Part shown: piece by piece, positions 25,323 to 39,312 of the stretch
Position numbering within the stretch: position 1 is the first letter of the stretch
Layout of the letters: each line of letters opens with the position of its first letter
Assembly: GCF_009914755.1 (NCBI RefSeq)
Contig: NC_060932.1
Origin: the human T2T-CHM13v2.0 reference genome, Homo sapiens
DNA: 64,000 bases
Direction: 5' to 3' (one strand)
Notes under the pieces: generated by a model
Database searches by the model: none
What the model was told of the DNA's origin: nothing
The model's input: the letters and a program-made list of their open reading frames with translations, nothing else
Translations under genes and position numbers: made by a program

Positions 25323-25615
25323 TTTTTTTTTTTTTGAAACAGAGTCTCACTCTGTCGCCCAGGCTGGAGTGCAGTGGTATGATCTTGGCTCACTGCAACA
25401 CACCTCCTGGGTTCAAGCGATTCTCCTGTCTCAGCCTGTTGAGTAGCTGGGACTACAGGTACACACCACCACATCCAGCTAATTTTTGAATTTTTAGTAG
25501 AGATGGAGTTTCACCATGTTGGTGAGGCTGGTCTCAAATTCCTGACCTCAGGTAACCCACCTGCCTTGGCCTCCCAAAGTGCTGGGATTACAGGCGTGAG
25601 CCACCACACCCGGCC
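25323..25615 (-). mobile_element. AluSx-type
   Basis: Full dimer, T13 tail, TSD gatgaaggaatt/gataaaggagtt. Confidence 0.95.
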
Positions 25616-25735
25616 GATAAAGGAGTTTTTATAAGTGCCCTAACTCATTTGACTCACATTACAAAATATAAAGCATTATATCAGAGTCTAAACGCAAATT
25701 AAAAACAATAGTAGAAAGTACTTAATATATTTTTA

Positions 25736-25775
25736 ATATAAGAGAAAACATTAACATATAAGAGAAAACATTAAC
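25736..25775. repeat. Perfect 20-bp tandem duplication (atataagagaaaacattaac)x2
   Basis: Read directly. Confidence 0.95.
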
Positions 25776-26067
25776 CAGTTATTTTATAGGTACACTGGCA
25801 GAATTTACTCTGGAGTTGGAGTTAGAATGCTAGAGAAGAAGAGTAAAGACTGGCTTTATGGTTTGGGGCTAAAAAAACTCCAAATGAATGGAGTATACTT
25901 TCGCTAAGATGGGTAAGTGTAAGAGAGGACCCAGATGTTAAGAAGTCAAATATGAATCTAATATCACTGTTAAAATAGTGCTTTTGGGTGTATAGTAAAA
26001 GTATGTGCACTCTAGTTAAGATCATTGTGTAGTTAGTCTACCGTAGTATTCAAGAACATAGACCTTG

Positions 26068-26428
26068 TGAGGTAGATCAGGAGGACTTGTTTTCCAAGCG
26101 CTGGTCACAAGACACTGCTGAACAAAAGAGGGGCTGACCAAAACAGGATGCAGCAAAGAAACTGCCCAAAACTAGCTAAAACCAGGATGGTGACAAAAGC
26201 AACCTCAGGTTGCCCTCACTACTCCTTATATGCTAATTATAGTGTATTTGTATGCTAGGAGAAACCCCTACAGGGCCATGACAGTTTACAAATGCCATGA
26301 CAACCCCCAGAAGTTACGCTATATGGTTTTAAGGGGGAGGAACCCTAGGTTCCAGAAACTCCCTGCCCCTCTTCCAGAAAATTCATGTATAACCCACCCC
26401 TTATTTAGCATATAATCAAGGAATAGCC

Positions 26429-26474
<46 letters not shown>

Positions 26475-26660
26475 CTAGCCAGCAATCCACGAAGACTGCT
26501 GCTGCTGCTACTACTCTGTTTCTGGAGCAGCCATTTTCCTGTATTCTGTTGCTCTAATAAACCCGCTTTTACTTTGCTTTGCTAGCTCACTCGTGAAGTA
26601 TTTCTTGGCAAAGCCAAGAGCCCTCCCAAGCTGAGTCCCCTTTGGGGTTTGTTGGCAACA
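26068..26660 (+). mobile_element. MER41-family solo LTR (MER41C-like) with internal (TG)n, inserted into a MIR (about 26040-26870)
   Basis: Clearly homologous to the MER41B at 10654 (acagtttacaaatgccatg...aagttacgctatatgg...tataatcaag); perfect 4-bp TSD cttg. Confidence 0.88.
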
Positions 26661-27086
26661 CTTGGAAGTACACATACAAATTTAAAAGTTTCGGAACTTG
26701 ACAATTTTACAGGTTAAACCACCTTCCCCAATTCACTTTGCCACCAAATCTCAATTTTCTTATTTGGAAAAATGGGATTATATCTTTGCCACAAAGATTT
26801 TTTTTTTAAACTAATGGGGTACTTCATGCCAATAATATAACACAGTACTCAATAAATAATACGAAGTATAGTTACTGTCTAATTTTCTCTGATTGCATGG
26901 TTGGTATCATTTAATTGGATCATCAGGAAACCAATATTCAGAGACTATAGTAATGTTCATGGTAATACCTAGCAGTATATGGCAGAGCTACAATAAAGTT
27001 TACTCCATATTTTCTATGTTTCATCCATTACAACACTTTGCTTCCAAAAGTGATTGCGCTGTAAGCAGATAAATAAACACCTTTGA

Positions 27087-27417
<331 letters not shown>

Positions 27418-27850
27418 CAATGTATTAATTTAAAATATCCAGAACCACAAAAGGAAAGTATTTCTTTTACTCATTCCTGTTCCAGATAAAAGCAATCAGA
27501 AAGGGACTAATAACAAGGATACATAGCATGAAGAATCAGTCATAGTCCTAGTAAGAATTACAACATAAAGGTAAGCATAGATTTATCACAATACTCAAAA
27601 TGAATGATTCATGAATTTTTTTTAATATGAATGTCCTTCAGGAAAGCCACATTCATCTTATTGATGCTTAGAAGAAATGTACACAGTCATAAGAGATTTG
27701 AGTCTTTAATTCTAAATTCATGCATCATAATTTTTGGGTAATTTGTGTTTAAGAATAATTTATACAATAAATTTAAATATTTCATTCCAAGTCATCAGAC
27801 TAAGGAAACAGATAAAAATAGTATCTGTTATCAAATGATCAAGAAGGGTG

Positions 27851-27878
27851 GTGTGTGTGTGTGTGTGTGTGTGTGTGT
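27851..27878. repeat. (GT)14 microsatellite
   Basis: Read directly. Confidence 0.97.
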
Positions 27879-30800
27879 ATTTTAATTAATTGGGACTTTT
27901 AATAACCACGGTCAAGTCTATATTGCTATATTCTGTGCAAAAAGAGCACAAAATAAAGATGACTTTTCAGAGAATTCAGAAAAAGCAGAACTGATTTTCA
28001 AAACCATTCAGAGAATTTCAAGAAAAGCTAGAACTAACTTGATATACATGATATATACATTCATATATGTATAGATACATGCATTTGTATTAAGTTTTCT
28101 TGCATATGTATATGCATATAGTCAAAATATAAGGGACAATGAAATTTAAGAAATCTGCAAGAGTGATTCAATTAACAAATAGGCCTATTAAGTAGATATT
28201 CTTTCTAATTTTTCCTATAACATATTTGGCTCTATGCAGTCATAATGAATGAGGAGATATATTAATCATTAACATTGATTGCCTTGTATTCTATTTTTGT
28301 CTTTTTCTTGTTTGCTATAAAAGTCTGTGGTAAATTAGGAATATATCAATTTTCTTCTGAAAATAGGGAAAATTCATGTTTTCTTATTGAGCACCCCATT
28401 CTAGCACTTGGTATTTAATTGTTGTCTTTCTCAGACTTTGATTCAAAGTTAGATTGGACTGTATCAAAGTTAATAATTAAATTAACTTAAATGTGAACTA
28501 TTCCAAAGTAACATTTTGGGTCCTTTCCCACTGGAAATGAATTATTTAAAATCCATTGAGGTATTATGCCTTCTCTTAGGAGAGCAAATTTACCTTTGAA
28601 GGAGCAAGTTTCTTCATACCTGAAACAGTCATAGAATTTAGAATTTCCTTAAATATTTGCATGTTTTTTTCTGTTTATATTTTGTCATCACATTACTTAT
28701 GATGAAAATTAATCTAACTCTATAAAATAAAGAGGATAGGAATTTACAGTATAGACATAAATTTAAAACTAAAAGGTAGCTATAGTTTACTACAAAGCCC
28801 AGAACAAATTGCATCTGAAAATAAGGTAAAAAGGAAAAGGCCTCTGATTTTGCCAGCCAACAATACCTGTTGTTACTGTTTGGTAGTTTGAACTGAGTAA
28901 CATACTGCTTTAATTTGTGGAGATACCAAAGTTTATAATAGTCCATATTTTTTCAGTTAACCAGTGAATTTAAGATACACCAGTGACTCTGTTACACATG
29001 AGTACTATTTTTCTGGAGGATATGATAAGTAGATGGTAAATACATCATTCTCTTGAGTTTGAGATATTAGTTACTAATGATCTAGGGATGAAAGGCTTTG
29101 GAACCCAATTACAATTTTTTTCCTATCCAAATCTTTTATATATAATTTTAAATAATAAACCATATTTTATATATATTATAGAATCAAGAAGGAAATATAA
29201 AATGAACAAGATTACCTTACCCAAACTGCTTATATATTTTATGAGATTATTCATTGGTTTTGAGTGGATTTGTTATACGGTCTTTAGGCATCCTTAAACT
29301 TACAGCCTAAAAGAGGAAATGATCTAAACATTAAAAATGAAGTAAGAAAATAGTACACTTTTAAAGGATCTCAGCTTCATAGCCAGGATTTTACATCTTC
29401 CTTTTTGACTCAATCAGACCACAATCTCCAGTTTTTTAAATAAGCAATATAATGTGATTGGAGTAATTGCAGGAATATCATATGAAATATCTTAAAGGAA
29501 GTCTGGTCAAAGGAAGTTTTTTAATGCTATTGACGCTCTCTCACTCTTTAAAATTTGATCCCTCCCGCTAATACAATTTTTTAAAGCATATGAAAATTTA
29601 TAGTCAATAAAAAAATTTCAAAACCAAAACATGCTCAGTATTTCTGTTAATGGTTTCTCCTTTCCCTCAGTTTATATAATATTATCTTATTGTTAAAAAT
29701 ACAGCATTGATTCCATGTGTTAAGCTCTCAGACTTTTTCTTTTGATATGTTTCTTTAAATGTGCCCATTTATGGATCTTTGAATCAGGAAAAGGAGAATG
29801 ATTGTCCTAATGAATGTTTTAAATCAAGAAATATTTCAGATGATAGTATATATAATATGTGCTTATAAGATGCATGTTCTAATAAAAGATATTCCCTAAA
29901 CAAGGTGGTGGATAAGACTTGATGGCAAAGATTTTTGATGTTTTAAAGAATCAGCATACTCCTCATTCTGTAAGAAGCAGTAAGTTTAATGGCACTTTAA
30001 AGTTGAACTAAAAAGAATTTGTGCCCAGTGTAATTTTTCAGTTTTGTGTTCCAAAAATAGACTCTATATGGGTACATTTAACCAGTTATTGAATTTTTAA
30101 ATTACTTTTCATTTTAACGGCAAAATAGTATTACCACTTAATACTAAATGACAAAGAAAAGCCTATTTATGAAGGAATTTTGACTTTATGAAAGTGGCAG
30201 TGTCCGGGAATCACATGAATGGACTTCATTCTCCATTTCAGGTCTGAGTGGATGTGCACACTATGCTTCATGTATGGAAGAAATATCTCCCTCTGCCCAT
30301 CTCCAACTCAAGAGTTCCTTGAATCAAGAGAAGCATGACTTGGCTAAATGAAGATAGTCAGTTACTAAACATACTTAGATTACTCTATGTATACAGACAG
30401 CCATATATGTCATTTTTCCTGCACTTTTGGGTAAACATTTTGTTAAGAAACATTTAAAACATGTATAAAGGTAGAGATAATAATTACTCACTCCCCTCCC
30501 ACCTACCTGTCATTCAACTTCTACAGCTGTGAACATATGATCCAAATGAGTTTATCTATAACTCTCACATCTCCATCCCCCAGGTTATTTAGAATAAAAC
30601 TTGGATTTACATATGATTTAATTTATAACTATGTCAGTGCACATTTCTAAAATAGGACTTTTTTTAAAAAGTATTTTTAATTGACAAGATTGTATATAAT
30701 TATCATGTGCAATATGCTGTTTTGAAAAAAAAAATACTTCAATCAATTATCACAACTTCACATCATTAAATATCTCATTAGTTTGTAAAGTTACCTCATT

Positions 30801-31419
30801 GTCACATAAATATTTTAAAGAGCTTGTATGAAACCATATCCAAATTAACTTTGTATATTGCAATGAGTTAATGTTTATTAAATCTCATTTAATTTATAGG
30901 TTTTCCTGCCTTTTTAATTATTTCCTCTTGCAACTCATGCTTAAGAAACTAGAAATTTAGTTTCCCACAGTCTAGAGTTTGCAGATTGCCTCCTTAAAGT
31001 GTTATTTAACATATTTCCTTCTCCACTGTATATCATGTAAACTGGTGATTAGAAAAAAAGACAAAAAAATCTTGATAAGGTTTAATTTTTTGGCAAATAT
31101 GTTTTATAAGTGATGTTATAGTATAATTCCAGTATAAAAGATATGATATCTTGTTGTCTTTTTTATTATAATCATGGCCTAAATTCATTTATTGATTGGA
31201 GGTTTAAAACTATTAAGTTAAAGAGTTTATCAAATTTGATTCATTAATTAGCTGAAATACTTCATAAGGAAAACCCTTCAACTATTATTTAGTTATCTTG
31301 ATGTAAAAGATAACTATTCTGACTTTTTTCTGTAGAAAAGTCAGGCTAAAATGCTTAATTATTTACTTTTGCTTATCAAGTTTTATTTAATATATCTTCC
31401 CTCTGTCATTCTTCAAAGC

Positions 31420-31551
31420 TAAGTTGAACATATAATTTATTGTTCAAAGCTGGACATACTTCAAAGTGAAAGTGGACATTATTCATTATTATACTGGGAC
31501 AACAAAATAATCCACACTGCCTGTTATTTGTAAACCAGGATAGTCACTCTA
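31420..31551. mobile_element. MER94 (hAT-Blackjack MITE)
   Basis: Degenerate TIRs taagttgaacata / tagtcactcta; body tataatttattgttcaaagctggaca...aaagtgaaagtggacattatt. Confidence 0.65.
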
Positions 31552-32438
31552 TGCAAATGTGACCAATGAGGTTTTAGGTTGTGAAACTTATTTTGCTTAT
31601 AAATAATCATCATAAACTCATGTATTCAGACATATTTGACACATTTCAACACTTGCAATTATTACATGCATTGATGCTCAGATAAAGGTTGTGGCAAAGC
31701 CCATTGGTCATGACCCTACAAATCATTAAAATCATCTTTTATTTCTGGTATGCCAAGACTTTGCAAGATTATCTCATATATTTTATGCCCAAAATATGAA
31801 ATCAGCCATTTCTGCAAAACCCGTTTCCTCCCTGTTAGAACTGGTACGTAGACACCAAATTCTGGGAACCAAGTTGTTTATTGCTACTGGTTTGATTGTT
31901 TCTGAGCCTTTTGGTGGACAGAGCTAGAAAATGTATTTTAAAACATAAAATAAAATAAATTGTAAAATCTTACTTTCATATTAAATTCAAAATCAAAACT
32001 ATAGGGTTTTTACTTAGCCTCTTTAATCTTACTTTTGTTTCCCCTAAGTTAAAATCCAGTTTCTCAATGACACTAACATAGTTATTTGTTTTATCTCATT
32101 AGATGCATGCAGTAATTTCAGAATAATAATACTAATACTACTTCCAACAATATGATTACTGACCAGAGTTTAAATTTTGTCTACTTTTGAGTTTCATTTG
32201 CAGTTCTTTTTTTTTCACAGTATATGAACTAGGAACATTTAATCTTATCATTGGGTTTTAAAGTATCTAGAAATAATTCCTCTTTGGTGGTTATGAGTTA
32301 TACCATCAATTTGATCTAATATTAGATTCATTTTATTCATTTTGCTTTACATTTTTAGGGATGTTTTTAAAAAGTAGTTTTAGTTATACAGAATATTTAT
32401 GTGATTCCAAAGTCAAATCTATGAAATAGATATATTCA

Positions 32439-32750
<312 letters not shown>

Positions 32751-35364
32751 CTAGATTCTATTGCTTACGCATACACATACCAAAATGCACATGCATATAA
32801 ACTTAAACACACACACACAATTTCCTTTTCCCATTCACATGAATGACCCTTTCTTGACTATTGTACTTCCCTTTTCCCTGTTTTTATTTGACATAAAAAA
32901 GTGACTTATGTGTTTTTATCCAACCTTTCTTAGAGAACAGTGACATACTTTATGAATTTTTCTCCTCTTGCTTTCTCTTTAATATACTCTGAAATGACTC
33001 CACAGTCGTATAGAACTACTCCTCTTTTCCCCTTTGGAACTGCTTAGTATTGTGTGACAATAGTGTTCTATATTCTAGTCCATTATAGATGGACATTAAG
33101 TGGTTTGCAGTCTTTTCTTCTTTCAAATAGTACTGCAATGATAGTTATCTGTATCACTCTCTATTTGTCTGCATAAGTTAAAAAGAGAGTTTTAGAAGTG
33201 ATGTTACCATATCAAAGAATAAATGCCTATATAATATTACTAGAATTACCCAACGACTTCTCCAGTGAAGTTGTTTAATTTTTTATACCCACTAAGAATG
33301 GTAATATTACCAAAAGCTCACCCACATTTTATATTATCAAAATTTTTAATATCTGGGAGGTGGTAAATCAATGTACTTTTAACTTATATTTATCTTAAGT
33401 GAATTTATTAATGTATTTTTAGAAATGTACATTTATTTTTGTGAATGTTTTATTTTAATCAATATTATAATTATCCATATTGCTTATGGGTTTTAATAAT
33501 AATTATGAAATATTTCCCTGTAATCACAGAAAAACGCACTTAGGTATTCTTCTAGAACTTTCATGCCCTCACATTTTACATTAAAGTTTCTGATGAATTG
33601 GAATTTTTAAAATTTGTCTCATGATAATGAATCCAACTTTATCTTTTAAAATATATAACTATCCTTTCATATTATCTTCACCGATTTAAGAAGCCATATT
33701 TCCATATACAATTAAGAATAATTCTAAATTTTATTTTTTCTACATTAACTTTTCAGGCTATGCATACACTAGTATTACACTGTTTTAGTTAGAGTGTCTT
33801 TACAATATGTTATAATGTCAAACAGGCTTAGTTGTCTTCCACTGCTTCTTCCCAAGTCATTTCTATATCAGGATTTTATGATTATGCTTATTTGTTATTA
33901 CAGATGATCTTAATTTTAAAAAATAGTTTGTCTACCTTTTGGGAAATAGAAAAAGCCTAATTGTATATTTATTAGAATTGTGTCTATTTTACAAATTAAC
34001 AAAAACCTGATCATAGATAGATAGAGATTAGATACAGATTTTCTATTCAAAACATATTGTCTTTACATTTATTCAAGTCTGTCTTTGAACCCTTCAGGAA
34101 TACTTCTTCAGTTCTTTATTTATACTCCATATATCTATCTCCAACATAAAATAGATAGTATCATCCATTTTGGATTTTATTCATTTTTAAATGTATACTT
34201 GAAGATTACTGATTTTGTATATTGACTTTATAAGGTATTACTTTAATAAATTATCTTTTTTTGTAGTAATTTTCTCCATAATTTCCACTGGGCTTTCCAG
34301 ATGTATTATCCTATCATGCAAACATAGAAACAGCATTTCCTCTCCCTTTTCGACTCTTTCTCATGCTGCTGATTACTTTCTTTTTTCTAATTGCCTTGTT
34401 TAATATCTACAATACAGATGCTGGGTAGTTAGTTGGCATCTTAATCTTATTTCTGACTTTACCAGGAAAACTTCTTGTGCTTCCACATTAAGTATGATGC
34501 TGTCTTTTGGTCTATGATACATATTTGATTATGTTAAGTAAGTTTCTATGCAATCCTGTTGTACTGAGAGAAGGGTATTAATTTTCTGCATCTATAGAAA
34601 TGATCAAAAAACATTCTTACTTATTCTGTAAATGTGATGAATAATATTAATGGATTTCTTAATATTAAACCACTTATGCATCTATGAAATAAACCCACAT
34701 GAACATGCTGTATTATTTTTTATAAAGGCTGTGTTTCTGATTAGCTATATTTTATTTGAGATATTTATATTGATAATCATAAATATGGTTTTATTTTGGG
34801 GGCCTTTGATTTTTGATAGATTTAGGAAATCAGTGGTATACAATTTATTTTAAATCAATGTAGAAATTTTATTACTTTTATAGTATAAGTGAGTTAAAGT
34901 AGAATTGCGATTACTGACCTTTAAGTGTTTGTTAGAGTTCACCTGTGAATCTATATAGGCCTGGTGTTATTTTTGCACTTTAATTCTGTGCTTCTGGTGT
35001 GGTGATTAAGCCTTTCTGTCTATTCTGAGGTAAATTGTGTTCAATTTTACTTTTTCAGAAAATGTACTCATAGCATCTTCAAAGTAGATCCATGATTTTA
35101 TGTTTTAATTTTTATATTATTTTTATTAAGTATAATTTGCATAAAATAAAATGAGTAGTTTGGTAGGTTTTGACAAATGCTGCAGCTTTTTTTTTTCTTT
35201 ATTTTTTCAGTGTTTTTTACAAAGTGACCTTGCAGTTTATGAGGACTGCTGGGTCTGTGTCCTTCCTGCAGTTTCGTCTGAATACTTAACTTTCCTTTGC
35301 CTCTCCAGTCCTTATCCTAGAGGTGAATTAGAATCCTCACAACCTTTCCTCAGCACAGAGCTCT

Positions 35365-37031
35365 TGTGACAGATGGACTATTAATGTGGCTTTCATGACC
35401 TTCTCCCCTAGAGTGTAGGCAGAACCTGTATTTTTTTCACAACCAATGAAATAGAGCCAAGGTGGTTGAACATATGTAATTACATATACTACATGACTAT
35501 GCTACCTAAGGCTGTAGCACTTGTTTTACTGAGTTTTTTCTTTCCCTCGTTGCCTCATATACCTCACACTCAGTTTACAACCATTACCAACATGTTAGAT
35601 TACCATAGTATCATTTGTTTTTTATTATTTTTTCCATGATGTCTTTTTTCTGAACCAGAATATTCTCCAAGACTCCACATTACATTCAGTTATCATATCA
35701 TTAGCCTCCTCTGGTTTGTGAAAGTTTTTCAGATTTTCTGCGGTTTCAATAACTTTGAGGGTATTGAAGATTCTTGGTCAGTTATTTTGTAGAATCTCCT
35801 TCTATTGGAACATGTTGATGTTTTTATCATGATTAGAATGGAGCATTAGGTTTTGAGAAGAAGATCACAAAGGTGAAGTGACATTCTCATCACATTGTAT
35901 CAAGGATGCATATTATCAACACAACATATTACTGATTGTGGTAACTTTTATCTCCTGGCCAAGGTATCACTTGCCAGGTTTCTCCACTGTAAAATGACTA
36001 TTTCCCCCATTTTCATTCTCTAATATTTGAGAACAAGTCATTTATCACACCCACACTCAAGTAGTGGGAAGTTAAGCCCCACCTCCCTAAAAGAGGGATA
36101 TCCACATAAACTATTTGGAATTTTTCTCTTCAGGAGATTTGTCTTTCTCCTTCATTTACAAAATTATTCAATAATTTAACTATGTCAGTGCTGACTCATG
36201 GGTGTTTATTTTATACTTTGAGCCATAACCCAATACCACATTACCTATTTTGTTAGTCAAAACGTTCTGGTCTTTTCCAGGTTGTCTTCTCTGTCCCTTT
36301 GACATACCCCTATCATTTTGTTTTTTAGTGCTTGCTTCCTTACTTTCTGGTAGTACAAGATGCTCTAGGCTCATTGGTGTACTCCCTGGCCCAGCCCTAG
36401 TTATAACCAGTTCTCCAAAGAACCCTAGTTCTTTCTATTGGCAAATGGCATTAGAAACTAAGATCTGAACACTGGGCTTGCTCATTGCTAGACTGAGCAT
36501 TCTTGCTTCTATGCCCTCTCAGTGGGCAGAACTAGGAAATATATGCATGCATATCTACTCATGTGTACATACATATCTATAATTATTTCTGTATCTGTCC
36601 ATCTGTATTTATATTAAGCTAAAAAAGCATCAATACTGATACCCTTCACTGTCACCCAGTACAATGTGATTTATTGGGACTTTTTAATAAAAAGCCTCTT
36701 GCTTACCTACACCACCCACTCCAAAAATGAGAAGTCTGGCTCCCACCCTCCACCTCCATGCATGTGTTTGTTCAACTCTCATTTACAGGTATAGCAGTTT
36801 TAGAATTGATAACCCATTCCCACCTAAGAAACAATTTTACCAACTAGAGTACAGTATGTATGTGCAGATATGTGCAGATCCTTTTGTCTTTAGTCTTACG
36901 GTTTCCAGTCAAAGCCATTTTCCAAAGTTACTCAAGTTAGCACTCATTTTCCCAAACCCTTCAGTAATATGTGTGGTGTTAAAGTGCCAAGTTTGTGGTC
37001 ATTTGTTACACAGTGATAGAAAACTAATATC
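35365..37031 (+). mobile_element. MLT1 (E/F-like) MaLR LTR split into 35365-35532 and about 36970-37031 by an L1 fragment
   Basis: 5' part ctagagtgtaggcagaacctgt...aaccaatgaaatagagccaaggtg; 3' part aagtttgtggtcatttgttacacagtgatagaaaactaat. Confidence 0.65.
35540..36965 (-). mobile_element. L1MC/L1MD 3'-end fragment
   Basis: ccacattacattcagttatcat...ggtcagttattttgtagaat...ttgccaggtttctccactgtaaa. Confidence 0.7.
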
Positions 37032-37803
37032 CTGTGATGCAGCAATGATGTTTTGGTTGACTAGTTCTGAGATCTCATAGGTTCTGGACTATTCCATAAT
37101 TATTCAAATTTCCTGCAGTTTCCTTGTTCTCCCCACACATTGGAGCTTGTGAAGGCCACCTCCTACTTCAGCTATTGCTCTAACAAGTCTGCAGGACGTC
37201 TCATTGACACTATGGTAAATTTGTGATCTGCCAAATCGTGGTGACTTGTCTCTACTCAGTGGTATTTTTCCTCCTACCTTTGCTGTTAAAGTTTTGTGGG
37301 TTTTGATTTTTTTTTTCTATCTTACTTGTTTCTATGGGCTCTTAAAGAGGTACAAAAACTATACTGTCACATGCACTACCTTTCCACATTTTAGTTTTTT
37401 TTTTTTTTCAAAAGTATTCATTTTTGACTATTGAGCTTGCAAGGGACTTTTGTCATCATCTACAAGATGAGAAGAAGTAACTGAGGTCTTAAATACAAGG
37501 TATCACAGTTAATTATGGAGAAAGAATTAGAGCCAGGGATTCCAGAATAATAAGACAAATACATTTAGCATACTCTTCTGCTTCTCTTATATCATTCAGA
37601 AATGTCTTCCCATTTTTGGTGAGAGGCAGGATTTTTGCTCTCAAAATGCATCCAGTTGTTTTAGAAATAGTTATCAAATATTCCAAAATGTCGAATTTTA
37701 CAAGCAAAGGCAGATGAATGTGGAAAATCTGAGCATTTTATTATTCTCCTTATGTTGTATCTTAATCATTTTTTACTATGCCAATTTAATTTAATGCCTA
37801 AAG

Positions 37804-37953
37804 CAGTAATTCTCAAATATAAAGGTGTATGGATAATTTTGAGATTTTTAAAAAAATCTTAGTCTGAGGTGGTACTTGAGGGTCAGCATTTCTAACAAGC
37901 TTCCATGTGACATCAACGTTGATGATCCACGAACCTCAGCTTGAGTGGCAAGG
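37804..37953. mobile_element. MER5B-like hAT MITE
   Basis: cagtaattctcaaa...gcatttctaacaagcttccatgtgac...ttgagtggcaagg. Confidence 0.7.
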
Positions 37954-37961
37954 ACCTAGAG

Positions 37962-38488
37962 CAATGGTCCCAACCTTTTTGGCACTAGGGATGGGTTTTG
38001 TAGAAGACAATTTTTCCATGGACCCGGGGACAAGGCATGGGGAGTCGCTTCAGGATAAGCCAAGCATATTACATTTACTGTGCTCTTTAGTCTGTTATTG
38101 TTACATTGTATTATATAATGAAATAATTATACAATTCACCATAACATAGAATCAGTGGGAGCCCTGAGCTTGTTTTTCTGAAATTAGATGGTCCCGTCTC
38201 ATGGTGATGAAAGACAGTGACAGATCATCAGGCATTAGATTATCCTAAGGAGCATGCAATCTAGAGCCCTCGCATGCACAGTTCACAATAGGATTTGCAC
38301 TCCTACAAAAATCTAATGCTGCTGCTGATCTGACAGGAGACGGAGCTCAGACAGTAATGAGAATGATGAGGAATGGCTTTAAATACAGATGAAGCTTTGT
38401 TCACTGGCCCACTCCTCACCTCCTGCTGTGAGGCCTGGTTCAGGCCATGATTGGTACTGGTTCATGGTCTGGGGTTTGGGGACCCCCA
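37962..38488 (+). mobile_element. MER1A (hAT-Charlie MITE)
   Basis: caatggtcccaacctttttggcac...ggggtttggggaccccca; 8-bp TSD acctagag/acctagaa. Confidence 0.93.
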
Positions 38489-39050
38489 ACCTAGAAGACC
38501 CATCAATAGGTTTCAGGTAGTTGTGCATTTTCTGATTTTATACATGCATACAGAGAGAGCAAAAGAGAATGAGATAAAGAGAGATAATGCACAGTTATCA
38601 TAAAAGTTAAAAGGATTTATGTACTAAAAATGTTAAGAACAGTTACCCTACAAGATAAAGTTCATATTCCTTAAGATGAATGTAAAATCCTTATAACCAT
38701 TCCATTTTGCTTTTCCTCCATTGTCCTTTAAGTATCTGATAGTCCAGCCATGCTCAGAATTTGCCATGAAGTCTAGAATCATGCAAGATTTCTAATAGCT
38801 ACTACTTCAGATAGAATTAGTCATATTTTATTCTCACAAATCACCTTTTATATACTTCCATTCATTCTTTCAGCTAGCATTTACTAAATGCTTCATACAT
38901 ATATAATGTTTTGCGGTAAGTATTAAGCATATAAAAATAGGCCACAGTCTCTATTTGTGAATCTTTGTAGTCAAAAACTACTGTATTTATTGTTAAGGAT
39001 TTTTGCTCTGGTAATTACCCTGGAACCACATGTAGGTTGGTTGAATAGGT

Positions 39051-39178
39051 GAGAAGGAAGGAAAGAAAGAAAGAAGGAAAAAAAGAAAGAAGAAAAGAGA
39101 GAAAGAAGAAAAAGGAAAGAAAGAATGAAAGAGAAAGAAAAAGAATGAAAGAAAGAAGGAAGGAAGAAAGGAAAGAAG
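39051..39178. repeat. Polypurine (GAAA/GGAA)n low-complexity tract
   Basis: 128 nt of A/G with only two T interruptions. Confidence 0.95.
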
Positions 39179-39244
39179 TTGTAAAAAAGAACCAGGGTGG
39201 CAGGTGTTGAATCTCAATTGGAAAGTCTGAAGAGTTGTGCTATC

Positions 39245-39312
39245 TGTTAAGAATAATACAATTTGTTGGAGTGGTATTTGTTAAGAATAATAAAATTTGT
39301 TGGAGTGGCATT
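39245..39312. repeat. 34-bp tandem duplication, 2 mismatches
   Basis: tgttaagaataatacaatttgttggagtggtatt / tgttaagaataataaaatttgttggagtggcatt. Confidence 0.95.

Noticed and set aside
26350-26380. STAT1 GAS sites in the second MER41
   Set aside because: Both read TTCCAGAAA, which does not fit TTCNNNGAA.
30225-30360. Possible exon after ttcattctccatttcag
   Set aside because: No convincing donor or coding signal; such acceptor-like strings are frequent by chance.
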